Shown in pieces: positions 1 through 14,376 of a stretch of DNA of 64,000 bases. Numbering within the stretch: position 1 is the stretch's first letter; every line of letters starts with the position of its first letter. The position numbers and the translations under genes were made by a program. Source of the DNA: the human T2T-CHM13v2.0 reference genome, Homo sapiens; the NCBI RefSeq assembly GCF_009914755.1, contig NC_060932.1; one strand, 5' to 3'. The notes under the pieces were generated by a model. That model saw only the letters and a list, made by a program, of their open reading frames with translations, had not been told where the DNA came from and did no database searches.

Positions 1-1213
1 AGACACACATCCCAGACACACACCCCAGATACACACCCCCCCACACACACATCCCAGACACACACCCAGACACACACACACCCCAGACACACATCCCAGA
101 CACACACCCCAGATACACACCCCCCACACACACACATCCCAGACACACACACACCCCAGACACACATCCCAGACACACACCCCAGATACACACTCCAGAC
201 ACACACACATCCCAGACACACATCCCAGACACACGCCCCAGACACAACGCCCCAGACACACACACATCCCAGACACACACCCCAGACACACATCCCAGAC
301 ACACACCCCAGATACACACCCCAGACACACACACATCCCAGACACACACATATCCCAGACACACACCCCAGGCACACACACATCCCAGACACACACCCCA
401 GACACAGACACATCCCAGATACACACTGTAGACACACACCCCAGACACACACACATCCCGGACACACACACACCCCAGACACACACACATCTCAGACACA
501 CACCCCAGACATACACCCCCCACACACACACATCCCAGACACACACCCCAGACATACACCCCCCACACACACACATCCCACACACCCCAGACACACATCC
601 CAGACACACACCCCAGATACACACCCCAGACACACATCCCAGACACACACCCCAGATACACACCCCAGACACACATCCCAGACACACACCCCAGACACAC
701 ATCCCAGACACACATCCCAGACACACACTCCAGACACACACACATCCCAGACACACACCCCAGACACACATCCCAGACACACGCCCCAGACACACGCCCC
801 AGACACACACACATCCCAGACACACACCCCAGACACACATCCCAGACACACACCCCAGATACACACCCCAGACACACACACATCCCAGACACACACCCCA
901 GACACACACACATCCCAGACACACACCCCAGACACAGACACATCCCAGATACACACTGTAGACACACACCCCAGACACACACACATCCCGGACACACACA
1001 CACCCCCCAGACACACACCCCAGACACACACACATCTCAGACACACACACACCCCAGACACACATCCCAGACACACACACATCCCAGACACACATCCCAG
1101 GCACACACACATCCCAGACACACATCCCAGACACACACCACAGACACACACATCTCAGACACACACACACCCCAGACACACACCCCAGACACACACACAT
1201 CCCAGACACACAT
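1..1213. repeat. Degenerate CA-rich minisatellite, unit ~(C/AT)CCCAGAC(AC)n; runs off the left edge of the window
   Basis: Continuous cccagacacacac/catcccagacacac units; explains the C/V/G-rich ORFs 492..1151 and 1037..1300. Confidence 0.97.
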
Positions 1214-1316
1214 TCCAGGACACAGGTTCTGTGGAGGCAGAGGCTCAATCAGAAACTCAGAGAAGCCCCTCCTCGCCTCTACCCACAGGTAAACAAGCAT
1301 CCAGTAAAATAAGAGT

Positions 1317-1720
1317 GGGATAAAGCAGGAGAGAGGCGGGACGCAGGCTCTCCCGGAGTCCAGCGTGGAATGAAGCAGGAGAGAGGCAGGATGTGGGCTC
1401 TCCCAGGGTCAGTGTGGAATACAACAAGAGAGAGGTGGGATGCGGGCTCTCCCGGGGTCCAGCATGGAATACAGCAGGAGAGAGGCAGGATGCAGGCTCT
1501 CCCGGGGTCCAGCGTGGAATACGGCAGAAGAGAGGCGGGATGCGGGCTCTCCCGGGGTCCAGCGTGGAATGAAGCAGGAGAGAGGTGGGACGCGGGCTCC
1601 CCCCCAGGGTCTAGCGTGGAATGAAGCAGGAGAGAGGCGGGATGCGGGCTCTTCCAGGGTCCAGCGTGGAATGAAGCAGGAGAGAGGTGGGATGTGGGCT
1701 CTCCCAGGGTCAGTGTGGAA
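1317..1720. repeat. ~50-bp VNTR, ~8 copies
   Basis: Unit ggaatgaagcaggagagaggcgggatgcgggctctcccggggtccagcgt repeated at 49-52 bp spacing. Confidence 0.95.
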
Positions 1721-2411
1721 TAAAGTATATCTAGAGAAATTATCCAAACTGGAACACAAAGAGAATTTAGAAGGGGAGTGGGGAGCAGGGTGGGGAGAGA
1801 CAGAACAGAGCATCCAAGAGCCGTGCAACCCCATGCAGTGGTCTAAAATATGGATAACTGGACTCCCATGAGGGGAAGAAAGAGAGAATGGGACAGAAGA
1901 AATATGTGAGGAAATGATGACCAGTATCTGTTTTCAATTCATGAAGGACACCAAACCGCAGATCCAAGAAACTCAGGTAACACCAAGCAGGATCAACTAC
2001 CCTCCTGCCTCACCACCAAAATATTCAAACTTCACCAATATTCAATATTCATGCCTTGCTTCTTCATATGCCTCATTGATTATAGTCAGAACACCAAAAA
2101 TTGAAATCTTTAAGGCAGACAAAGTGGAGAAAAACAGATTACCTGCAGAGGAGCAAAGTTAAGAATTACAGCTGATTTTCACTGGAAATCATGCATGCAA
2201 GCAGACAATGGAGTGGCATCTTTAACGACATTTTTTTAAAAACCTGTCAACCCCATATTCTTCTTAAAATTCTTCAAAATTGGAGTAAACCTTTATGTAA
2301 TAATAGAGAAATGTGAACCCTGCCTGAATATTTGATAATATCAAACATATTGTTCATTGTTGATGTGTGATACTGTTAACTATTTTATGATTTTAAAGTA
2401 GTCACGATCTT

Positions 2412-2681
<270 letters not shown>

Positions 2682-2733
2682 TTAAATTTGTTTTTCAGAA
2701 AAAGTAGTCATGATCTTTTACAGATACACATTA

Positions 2734-3600
<867 letters not shown>

Positions 3601-3879
3601 TCATTACACAGCACCATCTAATTTTAAAAGGGTTGAAAAATTTTGATAATAAAATGTAAGAGTTAGTAAAAAATGGAGAGATCAAGACTTTCTCAGACAA
3701 ACAAAACCTAAGGGAGTTATTGCTAATAGATCTGCTCTCCAAGAAATGTTAAGAAACATTCTCCGGGCAGAAGGAGTACATCAGTCAGAAACATGTCACT
3801 GTAGGAAGAAACAAAGAGTTCGAAATAAAATTGATGAAGGTACAATAAATGTTCTTTCTTTAGTTTTAATTGGTCAAAA

Positions 3880-4095
3880 TAAGGGTCAGCAAGCTTTTTG
3901 CTAGAGTGACAGGTAGTAAGTGTTTCAGGTTTTGTGGGCCAGGTGATCTCTGTCATAGCTACCCAACTCCACACTCAACTTTGCCATCATAGCACAAAAG
4001 CAGCCATAGACAGTCCTTAAACAAATAGGTGTGGCTGCGTGCTAATGAAGCTTTATTGACAAAACAGGCTGGGGGCCATAGTTTGCTGACCTCTG
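3880..4095 (+). mobile_element. MER58A (hAT-Charlie MITE)
   Basis: Termini agggtcagcaa...tttgctgacctctg; internal aaagcagccatagaca and gtgtggctg match the recalled MER58A consensus. Confidence 0.88.
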
Positions 4096-4314
4096 CTCTA
4101 AGATAGCTGCCCAAGAAAAAACAGTAGCACTGTCTTATGTTTATAGCACATGTAAAAGTAAAGTATACATCAATAGCACAAAAGCTGACAGGAGGCAGGG
4201 GGCTGCCTGGGAATATACTCTTAGGTCCTTATATGGAAATGGTGTCATATTATTTGAAGGTATACTCAGGTTACTTTAAAATGTATATTACACATTCTAG
4301 GACAACTGCTAGTA

Positions 4315-4614
4315 TTTTTTTTTTTTTTTGAGACAGACTCTTGCTATGTCGCCCAGGCTGGAGGGTAGCAGAGGCCCGATCTTGGCTCACTGCAAGCTCC
4401 GCCTCCTGGGTTCATGCCATTCTCCTGCCTCAGCCTCCTGAGTAGCTGGGACTACAGGTGCCCACCATCATGCCTGGCTAATATTTTTTGCATTTTTAGT
4501 AGAGATGGGGTTTCACTGTGTTAGCCAGGATGGTCTTGATCTCCTGACCTCATGATCCATCCGCCTTGGCCTCCCAAAGTGCTGGGATTATAGGCGTGAG
4601 CCACCGCACCCGGC
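4315..4614 (-). mobile_element. AluY
   Basis: Poly-T, then gggttcatgccattctc and gttagccaggatggtc (Y-type); TSD acaact(g/a)ctagtatttt at 4302-4318 and 4615-4631. Confidence 0.93.
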
Positions 4615-4824
4615 ACAACTACTAGTATTTTATAAAAGAGATATAAATAGTAAGTCAATAGAGTGGATAAAAGGGGATTATAAAACATGTTCAATTAAAC
4701 CCAGAAGAGACAGGAAAAGAGGAAAAAAGAAACAAAACACAAATGGAACAAATAGAAAACAGCCAACAAGATGACAAATTGTAATGCAACAGTCTTCTAT
4801 AGTCACTTTGTGAATAGTCTAATG

Positions 4825-5480
<656 letters not shown>

Positions 5481-6105
5481 TAGTTAAAACATAGATTGTT
5501 AGATTGATCTTAGAAAAAGCAAGAACGCACTATATTCTGCCTACAAGAAACCAACTTTAAATATAACGATACAGATATGCTAAAAGAATGAAGAAAGATG
5601 CCATGCCAACACTCATCAGAAGAAAGCCGAACGAGTTAAATTAACATCTGACAGAGTAGAGTTGAGAGCAAGGAATATTATCAGAGATAAAGGGGAACAT
5701 CACAGGCTAACAAAAGGGCCTTTCCCATGTGTCTGTGGATGACAGAACTTCAAAACGCATGAGGCTAAAACAGAGGACGGAAAGGAGAAACCCACAGTTC
5801 AAGTTGGAGATGCCAACACTCCTCTCCATGTAACTGACAGAACAAGTAGACAGAAAATCAGTAAGGATATTTAAGACCAAACAACACTCTCAACTGTCTA
5901 GACCTAATTGACATGGATGGAACACTGTATCAGCAACAGCAGAATCACATTCTTCTCAGGCGCACACGGAAAAGTCAACGAGACAGACCCCATGCTGGGC
6001 CATAAAACACACTTTGACACATTTAAAATTATAGAAATAATACAGAGGGTGTTCTCAGAGCATAATGAAATTAAGTTGGAAATCAGAAACAGCATGTCTA
6101 TGCTA
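5481..6105 (+). mobile_element. Decayed L1 ORF2 endonuclease-domain segment
   Basis: ORF 5908..6108 (TFFSGAHG...DPMLGHK...EIIQRVFSEHNEIKLEI) parallels the L1 APE C-terminus (YTFFS..H...SKIDH...SDH..IKLE); catalytic motifs are degraded. Confidence 0.85.
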
Positions 6106-6319
6106 TAGTACAGGGGAGCTTGCGGCAAGTGGGAGAAACATTATTTAGGCCCTGAGCTTTGAGGGGATGCAGAGCAGGAAAAGACCCCCGTGCGTCCGGC
6201 TGCGGTGCGAGGAGCCAACATATGAGGTGCACACTCTGGCAGACACCAATAACACAAAAGGTGGAGGGGGGGGGTACCCGGAAACACACTGTTATCAGGT
6301 CCTTATAAGGAAATGGTGT

Positions 6320-6447
6320 CACATTAATGCCTAGTGTTCCATTATTGGAACACTAAGCATGTGGGAGCTATTTCTATCCTATTGCTCAAGGTCATTGCCA
6401 AGGTCTGATTTTTCACACATGAAATTGCAATCTCAGGCATACATGGG
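6320..6447 (+). mobile_element. MER85 piggyBac (PGBD3-derived) MITE
   Basis: atgcctagtgttccattattggaacactaagcatgtgggag...tgctcaaggtcattgccaaggtctgatt...aattgcaatctcaggcatacatggg followed by ttga (TTAA-like). Confidence 0.92.
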
Positions 6448-8504
6448 TTGATTTTGATAATAAAATGTAATCATTTGTCATAAACTTTGCAAGAAAGATG
6501 CCTTGTGAAATTTGTGGCCCCAGTGGGAGACGCAGGCCCACAAGCCATAAGGTGAGGTGGGCCCAGCAATAGTCCGGCCTGAGATGGAAGTGGGTGTACC
6601 TGGGGCCGAGCCCCAGGAGCTGAAGGGCCCACAGTCTGCACACAGGCAGCCCGGAGCTCACGGCCTCCCCCTTCACTGCCCCCACCATTCACTCACTGCA
6701 GCCACGAGGGGAACACCGCCATTCTCGCTGAAGGAGGAGGAAACGTCTGATGTGTGGGAGGGCTGGCTTGGACGTGGGCACCAGCTGCACTGCCACCTCC
6801 CTTGAGTGACCTTGAAAGACAGTAGGAGGGAAGGTCACCCAGTGGGCAGCGCTGGGGCAGAGGGCCTGTCCCACCACTTGCATGGAAGGAGAAGCAGCCT
6901 GAGGGTGGAGTACACACTCACTGGCTGGGAAAAACGGCCTATCTGGTTGGCCAGGAACCCACAATGGAAACGATTGGAAAATCAAGGACAAGCAGTCCGG
7001 GGTGGCAGCAGGGGGGTGGCAGCCTGGGGTGGGCGTAAAGTCCGAGGGTATCTGTATCATGCTCATGCCCGGGGGAGTGTCCACTACGGCAGATGCTCTA
7101 AGCCACTAAGCTGACAGAATGATTGGGGCCACTGTGGCCAGCCAGACTGTCCCCAGCCGCCCAGCCGACCTATCAGTCATATGACTGACGTGACCAGGGA
7201 GCCAGCAGTGGAGACTGCAGCAGCATAAGCTCCCGCTGACCAAGGCCACTGCCCAGCGACCTGCTCCCACCTATCTGCCACAAAGGCCAAAGCTCAGCTT
7301 CCAATGTGGCTCGTTCCTGGAGGAGGCCAGCTGACCGCTTGGTGGCAAATAGGCCACACTGAGCTCCTTCCATCCTGGAAAGGCCAGCAGCTCACTTGGA
7401 GGGGAAGATATTCCAAGCCTGGGTTTGCCTTTCCCACCCGCCTACCCAACCTCCACCAGCAACACGGTCTGCGATCTCCCCTGTGTTTCATCCCCTGACT
7501 CGGGCCCCCTCTGACCATCACAGCAGAGGAGGTGGGGCAGGCCCACAAGCACAGGCCTCGGGCCAGATCACACGACACCCACTCGGAAACTGGAGTCAAC
7601 AGAGAGCCGCAGCTGCTCGTACCGGGCAAGTCTCTGCGGGGTGGGACCCTGTCCCAGGACGCAGGATTGGCGCTGAGCTCGGGATCTCTGTGTGCACCTG
7701 CATCGCTGGTAGGAGGACGCCCAGGAACCAAGGAGTGAGGCAGGAGCAGCCCCCGGCATCATCACTCCCAGTGACCCAGGAAGGGATTTGTGCTTTTTTC
7801 CCTGCGGCTCTGGGCACTGCAGAGTTAGAGGTCCTGGTCCCCGGGGATGGAGGGAGGGGGTATATCAGCGGGCACAGAGCATGTCCAGTGACGCACAAAC
7901 CACGGCTGCCCTCTGGTGCGTCGGGTTCCTTGTGGGGGGATCACCAGGCAGGAGAGAGCACCACCGTCCTGGCAGGTACAACAGACCCCAGCCAGAGGGT
8001 GGAGGCGGGGCCGCGGCTGCACAGGGGGCATGTGGGGAATTCAGGTGATCTGCGTGGACACCTCATGGTGGCCCTGGCCAGCTGTCACTAAATGGGCAGC
8101 TACGGCAGGCCCCGCTGGACATGGCATGGTGGCAGGGTGCCAGAGCCCTCGGTAGGAAGGACTGGGTCACAGCACTAAGTGAACTGCTGTTGTCTGCAGA
8201 GACATAACTGAGGGTGAGGGTCCGGGCTGGGTAATGGAAGGAGGGGGAAACGGCTCAAGGGGGCTAGCATGGGCGCAGCAGCCACTGCACTGGGGCCATG
8301 ATCACAGAGTCATTGCCCAGAAGCATAGCTCCGGGGCACTGGGCCATGCTCGTGACTTGGTGAATGAGTGAATGGGTGAGTGAATGAGCTTCACAGATTT
8401 CCACAGTGAAGAGAACCCTTAGAGTGTCTGATCCGCCCCTCCATTTGCAAAGCACAGATCTGGAAACTGGACGGCCCCAAACTGAGTCCAAGTCCTGCAT
8501 CTGC

Positions 8505-8670
8505 CAGTCGTGTGAACTTGGGTGAGTGACTTAGCCTCGCTGTGTCTCAGTTTCCTTATCAGGAAAATCTAGCCATTCACCACCCCTTCCTCAGTGGGCT
8601 GCTGTGGGGACTGGAGTTAGCATGTGCACGGGCAATGCTAACAGGCACATACAAAGCACCAAGCAAGCGT
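8505..8670 (+). mobile_element. MIR SINE
   Basis: gtgaacttgggtgagtgacttagcctcgctgtgtctcagtttccttatc core. Confidence 0.7.
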
Positions 8671-10699
8671 GAGCTTTGGGTACTTTTTATCACCGTATAG
8701 ACCAGGCGCTGAGACCCAGAGAGGCCAGCGACTTTCCCAACGCTGCGCAGTGAGCCAGGTGCAGGGCTGGGTGGGTCTTGGGTGCCCGGTTCCAGGGCGG
8801 CTGCTGGGCCAGGACTGCAGGATGCTGGAGGAGAAAGAGTCCTGAGGTCCCCAGCTGCCTTCTGGGGCTGACAGGCCTGTTCCTTGGCCTGGAGAATTCC
8901 TCTGAGAAGAGCGAGCAGCTCAGTGAGGACACATGAGGCCACCCAGGCCAGGAGGGGACTTCAAAGCCATGGACAGCTCACAATCCCCAGGCGGGGACAT
9001 GGGAGGCTTCCTTTCCATTGCTGTTTGATTTCAGCCTCCCAATTAGCCATGCCTAAGTAATGCACTCAGGGCCGTATCCATTGTTTATGAGAATAAGCAG
9101 GCATGAGAACGCCCTTCTCTCTGCAAGAAGATGCCCGCCCTTACCAAGGTGACTTCCAAGGACTTCAGGAACCTGAAACCTCGTCCTTGATCGACTCGTG
9201 GTGTTGAAGGCCCTGCCAAAGCCAGCCTGGCACTGCTCTCTGGGATGGAGACGGGAGATGGCATTCCGGGTCTAAATTCTCGTGGGTGGTTCTCAGCTGT
9301 CAGGAGGTGCCAGGCTTACCTGCCAGGACCGTGGTTTTCTGTCATTGTAACTGTGGGAATGGCTAAGTCCTGTCTATGACAGTCACACGAAATAAAGTGT
9401 TCTGTGCTCCAGGAAAGGCTGTGCTCTGTGAGGCATTTTTCTTATCACTGTTCTCCAAAAGGACAGTAGGATTTTAAGCCAGGAGCTGAAACAGGCGGCG
9501 AGGGCCAGGCACTGAGGTGGCCCCGCCTGTTGGAGAGGCAGGTGATGCCTAGCAGGGGAGGGAACAGAGAGGGGAGAGGTCCTCCTGCGGGTCCGGGTGG
9601 TTCTGGCTGTGATTGGGACCCTGAAGTGGGCTTGGGATTCATGGTGAGCCTGGGCTGAAGCCCCTGAGGGATACCCCGCCCCCTGCACTCCTCTTCCCCA
9701 AGGCAGCACTGAGGAGGCTCTAGCCAGTACCTGGCGGCCAGTGTGTGCTGCCTGCTGTCCTGCGGCTCTGCTGCTCCAGGCTCCACATCTGAAACGCAGC
9801 CTTCCCAGCCTACCCAAGGGTGAATGGGAGACAGCCCGCACGGGCCCATGAGTGCCCAGGGAGGCCAGGTGGGCATCTCCATGCCCCAGGAATTAGCAAA
9901 TGCTACAAATCAGGGCTTTATTTATGCCCCCATCCTCCTAGCCCAGGCTAGGCTCTGTCTGTGACCCAAGACAGGCATGGAAACCCCCTGCCGGCAACCT
10001 GATGAGGGAGGCCCCTGCTCTCTCAGTGCTGAGCCATGAGCCTGACATGTAGGGAGGAGCCTTAGGACCCTGCTGCTCTTGAGGGAAGCCCATGTTCCCC
10101 AGGATGTCCTGCCAGGCCTTGCATGGCCCCCAGGTCCCCAGCCTAATCATAGCCCTGACTGCCCCAGCACACACAAGCCGCGTCCCCACTGCCCTCTAGC
10201 CTCCTGGGCCTGGAAGCCACAGGGCCCCGATCAGCACAGGCAGGCAGGTCTGGGTCCCACTTCAGAGCCCCAGGGAGGTGTTCCCTCCCCTCCCCACCCC
10301 CAGCAGGGCAGGACCCAAGGGGACTGTCCATCACCGGCCTTAGCAACTGGTTCCTTGTGTGTACCCCAAGGGGCCTCTGAACCCCCAACCCACGTTGGAG
10401 CAGGGCCTGCCCTGGGCTCGCTGGCTAAGTGGATGAGGAAGCTCCTGTCTTTCTCGGGGGCTCCTCAAGGGGGCTCCGTCCCAGCAGGGAGGCTGCAGGA
10501 ACCTGAGCCTTGAAGGCCAAGGTGGTCTGTGGGTCTGTGCCCATTCTCTCAGCCTGGCCATGACCCCCAGGTAGGACCCTGGGGGGTGTCTGGTGTGAAC
10601 CAGGGGTGTGGAGCTTCTGTCTTAGGAACATCACTAGGCAAGGGGCTTGAGAAGTCAGACTCTATTTGGGGCAAAACCGTGATTATCCATGAACAAAGC

Positions 10700-10852
10700 T
10701 CTGATGCTGTGTGACCTCGGGCAAGTGCCTTAGCCTCTCTGTGCCTGGCTCTGTTCTGGAATATATATTACTCAGGGACCATTTTGAGGATGTAATGAAA
10801 TAAAGCAGGTGAACAGTGCCTCTTAGAAGGCCTAGCTCCTGGTAGAAGCTCC
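10700..10852 (+). mobile_element. MIR SINE
   Basis: gctgtgtgacctcgggcaagtgccttagcctctctgtgcct core plus 3' segment. Confidence 0.75.
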
Positions 10853-12094
10853 TCCTCCTCACCCCGCCCTCTGGTGTGAGGATCAAGGCCTTGCTCTTCA
10901 CAGGTCGCCGCAGGTTACTGGGGTGTGAAACGTAGACTTTGAAGTCGTGACGGGTGTTTGCTCCTGAATTTGCTTACTCGTGTTTTTGTTCTCCCTTGGC
11001 TTTTAGCTCTAATTGAAAGGTTCTTTTGACAATGCCAAGGCTTTGCAGCTGTGCTGAGGTCAAGTGCACAAAAGGGTTTTGTCTTCACTTGGACCAGAGA
11101 GAAGGGAAAGCCTGGGGCTGTGGGGGCAGCTGGATCTGAGGGGGTCATCGCCCTCCACATGAGTGTGCAGGGCCCAGGGGTGTGAGCTCTGGACCACCTG
11201 GTGCAATCCCTGTGCAGTGGCCTAGAGACCCCTCCCAGAGCCCGCCCCTGCCCAGGCCTGGGTGGCCACCGTCACTCGGTTATTCCTGGTTCTGACTGCA
11301 AAGGACGAGGGAGCAGGTCCTGGAGGGTCTGTGCGGGGAAGCAAGCGGGGCAGGGGCAGAAGTCTTGTCTATCAGGCCTCTGCCCCATCCCAGGCACCAT
11401 ACGCCTTGCTGGGTGAACCCGGGCGACTCTTAATATCCCCCTCCACAGACAGGAGCCTGAGGCACAGAGAGGTTGCATCCCTGCTCATGACCGTAGCTGA
11501 AAGGGGCCGGTGTGGATCCGCACCCGGGACATCTGACCTGCTCTCATCCAGGATACTGCTCCAAAGCCCAACGGCAGCAGGGAGGTGGCCAGAGAGGGAA
11601 CGGGGTAGACAGGGAGAGGAAGGCCACAAAGGCCACCTTGGCAAGCCATCTGCTTTTTCTTGAAAAGAGAGAAACCTGGGAGGGCTTCCTGGAGTGGGAA
11701 GCTGAGCCAGACCTCATCCTGCCCTTCTGAGCAAGGCAAGGAGATGGTATTGGGGACTGTCACTGTCAGCGTGCAGTAGCTCATGGCTTCCCAGATACTT
11801 ATGCCCTGCCCGCAGGCCCTCTGTGGTCTGACGCCCTCCACCTCCTCAGCCTGGGTTCCTTTTACTCAACTTCTCCGTCTCGCCAACGACCTGCCTGCCT
11901 CGGGTCTTTGCACCTTTGTTCCTTCCACCAACTCTTAATCACCTTTGACTCTTGGCCCAAATATCCCCCTGAGCCCTGTCCCCATTGCTGGCTTCTCTCA
12001 GAAGGTTCGGTGGTTCCCTGCATGCTGGAAAAGGAGAGGGGTAACACACCGAGGAGGTAGGCACAGCCTCTGGGCAGGCGGCCCCTCCACCTGC

Positions 12095-12215
12095 AGCTGT
12101 GTGACCTTGGGACAGTAGCTTAGCCTCTCTGTGCCTTTGTCTCTGATGCATGGAATGGGGGCGATAGATCATCAACTTGGGTTGATGTGTGCAAGTGCTC
12201 TGAAAGCTGGGTACA
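12095..12215 (+). mobile_element. MIR SINE
   Basis: agctgtgtgaccttgggacagtagcttagcctctctgtgcct core. Confidence 0.7.
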
Positions 12216-12919
12216 GGTGAGCCCCAGCATGTGGGGGCCATGAGCTCACCATTAGTGCCTCCTCCACCCCTGGAGCGGGAGCCCCGGAGGTCAGGGTCTG
12301 AGCGGCCCCTCCCTACTGTCCTTGGCACCAGCCCATGGTGACCACCTAGTGAAGGAAGCAAAGGATGCAAAGGAGAATGAAGGCTGGCCCAGTGGTGCCA
12401 GGGTAGAGGACTGGGGGCAGGTGGGCCTGGCGAGGCCCCGCAGCCCTTGCCCTGCTCCTCCGCTCCCACACCTCCATACTGGTCAGTTTGCAAGGCCAGT
12501 GAGGCTTCCCAGTGAAGCCACTTAAATTTCTCTTGCAGCACTGCTGCAAACTGCAGCGAACCGGTTTATTAAAGTCTAATTAGCCAAATGGATAAATAAT
12601 CACACTCGAGCTTAACCCTTTCCCGATCATACTGCTTCCTCCCTAGAGTGAGAGAGGCCAGCCGGGGTCCTGATTTGTTCTGAGCAGCCATCCTGCCCGG
12701 CCTGGCCACAGTGTCCATCCACTGTCATGCTCTCTAGAATGGTGTTGGCATGATCCCTGCACGGATGCCGCGGCTCGCCTTGCCTGCATGTGGGACAGAG
12801 GACAAACCCTGTGCAGAACCCTGAGGGCATCATCCCCTCCACCACTGTCTATTCAGGGCATGTGTGTGCTGAGCAGGGGTCAGGGGCTAATCTCAGCTGA
12901 GGGAATGGAGGAGTGTGAG

Positions 12920-13365
12920 GGGCAGGCTTTGCCTTCTAGAAGCTCCTGATCTCTTAGAGGAAGCAGCAAGCAAACAAATAATCAGGATATCAGATAAATG
13001 ATGGGGATGAAAGAAGCCATTGAGCATCAGGGTAAGAGCGTAATCCTGTCTGAAGGCATCAGGGACCGCTTCACACAGGTGGTAATGCATTAGCAAGAGT
13101 TTTGAAGGATGAATAGGAGTTTGCCAGCTGAGCATAAAAGTATTCAAGAAAATGGGACAGCAGTGCAAAGGCTCAAGGGAGTGACACCCCTGTGTTCTGG
13201 ACATTGCACAAAAACCAGATGCAGTTTGCTCCTGCTAGAGGATGAGGCACAGAGGAGGGGAGAGGAAGGTGCCTAGCTGGAAAACAACAGGCCCAGCCTG
13301 GGAAGCCCTCAAATGACACAGGAAGGAGCTCAACCTTCACTCTGTGGGCTTAGAGCCACTGAGGA
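12920..13365 (-). mobile_element. L2 LINE fragment
   Basis: ttttgaaggatgaataggagtttgccag and acagcagtgcaaaggc are typical antisense L2 3' sequence. Confidence 0.7.
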
Positions 13366-14376
13366 ACCTTACTGGGGAGGGACGGATGGGAACCGGTAGG
13401 AGCCAGTGAGCCTGAAGCAGGGCGCCCATGGGGGAGGCTGCTGGGATGGTCCAGTCCAGGCTGACGGACCCCTCGATGCGGTGCGGGCCAGAGGGGCTGA
13501 TCCATCTGGATCTGGCAGCCTGCGGATGTGAGGCCGACAGAAAGGAAGGAGAAAGCACAAGTCTCCAGATTGCAGTTCAAGTGGACCATCCCATCCCCAG
13601 AGACCCAGCCTGAGCAGGGGATGGCTGCAGGAGGCATCGTGAGTTTCCCCTTGGGGTGTCTAGGGGGCATCCAGACGGGGCTGCAGGAGGGCAGGGTATG
13701 GAGGCAGATTGGGGTGCACTACAGATGAGAGGGAAGCAGGAGCTGCTGCTGCGGAGAGGGTGGGGGAGCCGGTGGGAGGGGCCTCTGTTACCACCCTCCA
13801 CCCACGGAAGCACACCAGGGAAAATCACCGCCACTATCAGTGGCCGCCACACGCCAGGCACTGGGTGAAGCGCTGTCTGCGATTTTCTCCTTGAATCCTC
13901 CTGGGGCAGTGGGGAAGAGGGGAGGGCAAGTTTCATGAGTCCCCAGAAGAGTTAGGAAGGAGTCAGGGAGGACGGAGAGAGGATGCCTTCAGTCCCTAGC
14001 CCTGCACCCCACCTGGCCTGGCTCCTCCTCACTGCTCTGCTAAGCACCGCCCTCTCCAGGCAGCCTCTGCAGGTGCCCCCAGCCTGCTCAGGAGCCTCTG
14101 AACTTCCCTGGGGGACAGGCGACCTCCTGCCTCTCCAGGGCCGCAGCACACAGCTCAGGCCTGGCTCAGGGGCAGCACAGGTTAGTGTTTACAGAATTAG
14201 TGGAAGAATGAACGACTAGCCGGGAACGACTAGCACAAATCACATGACTTCTTACCTTTGAGAAGACAATGCAAGCACACAATGCCCAGCCATTCACTTT
14301 GCAGGCAGCTAGTGACTCCCACAAGAAGCTGGGGCTGCTGCTGCCACTTCACCTTCCCCGGTCACTCCGTGCCTGA

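Noticed and set aside
492-1300. Cys/Val/Gly-rich ORFs resembling metallothionein or keratin-associated proteins
   Set aside because: Translation of a (TG)-rich minisatellite
5908-6108. Endonuclease-like ORF as a functional gene
   Set aside because: Short decayed L1 ORF2 piece with mutated catalytic motifs and disrupted flanks
7173-7188. Perfect 16-bp palindrome TCAGTCATATGACTGA
   Set aside because: About one such palindrome is expected by chance in 64 kb (64000/4^8); no supporting context
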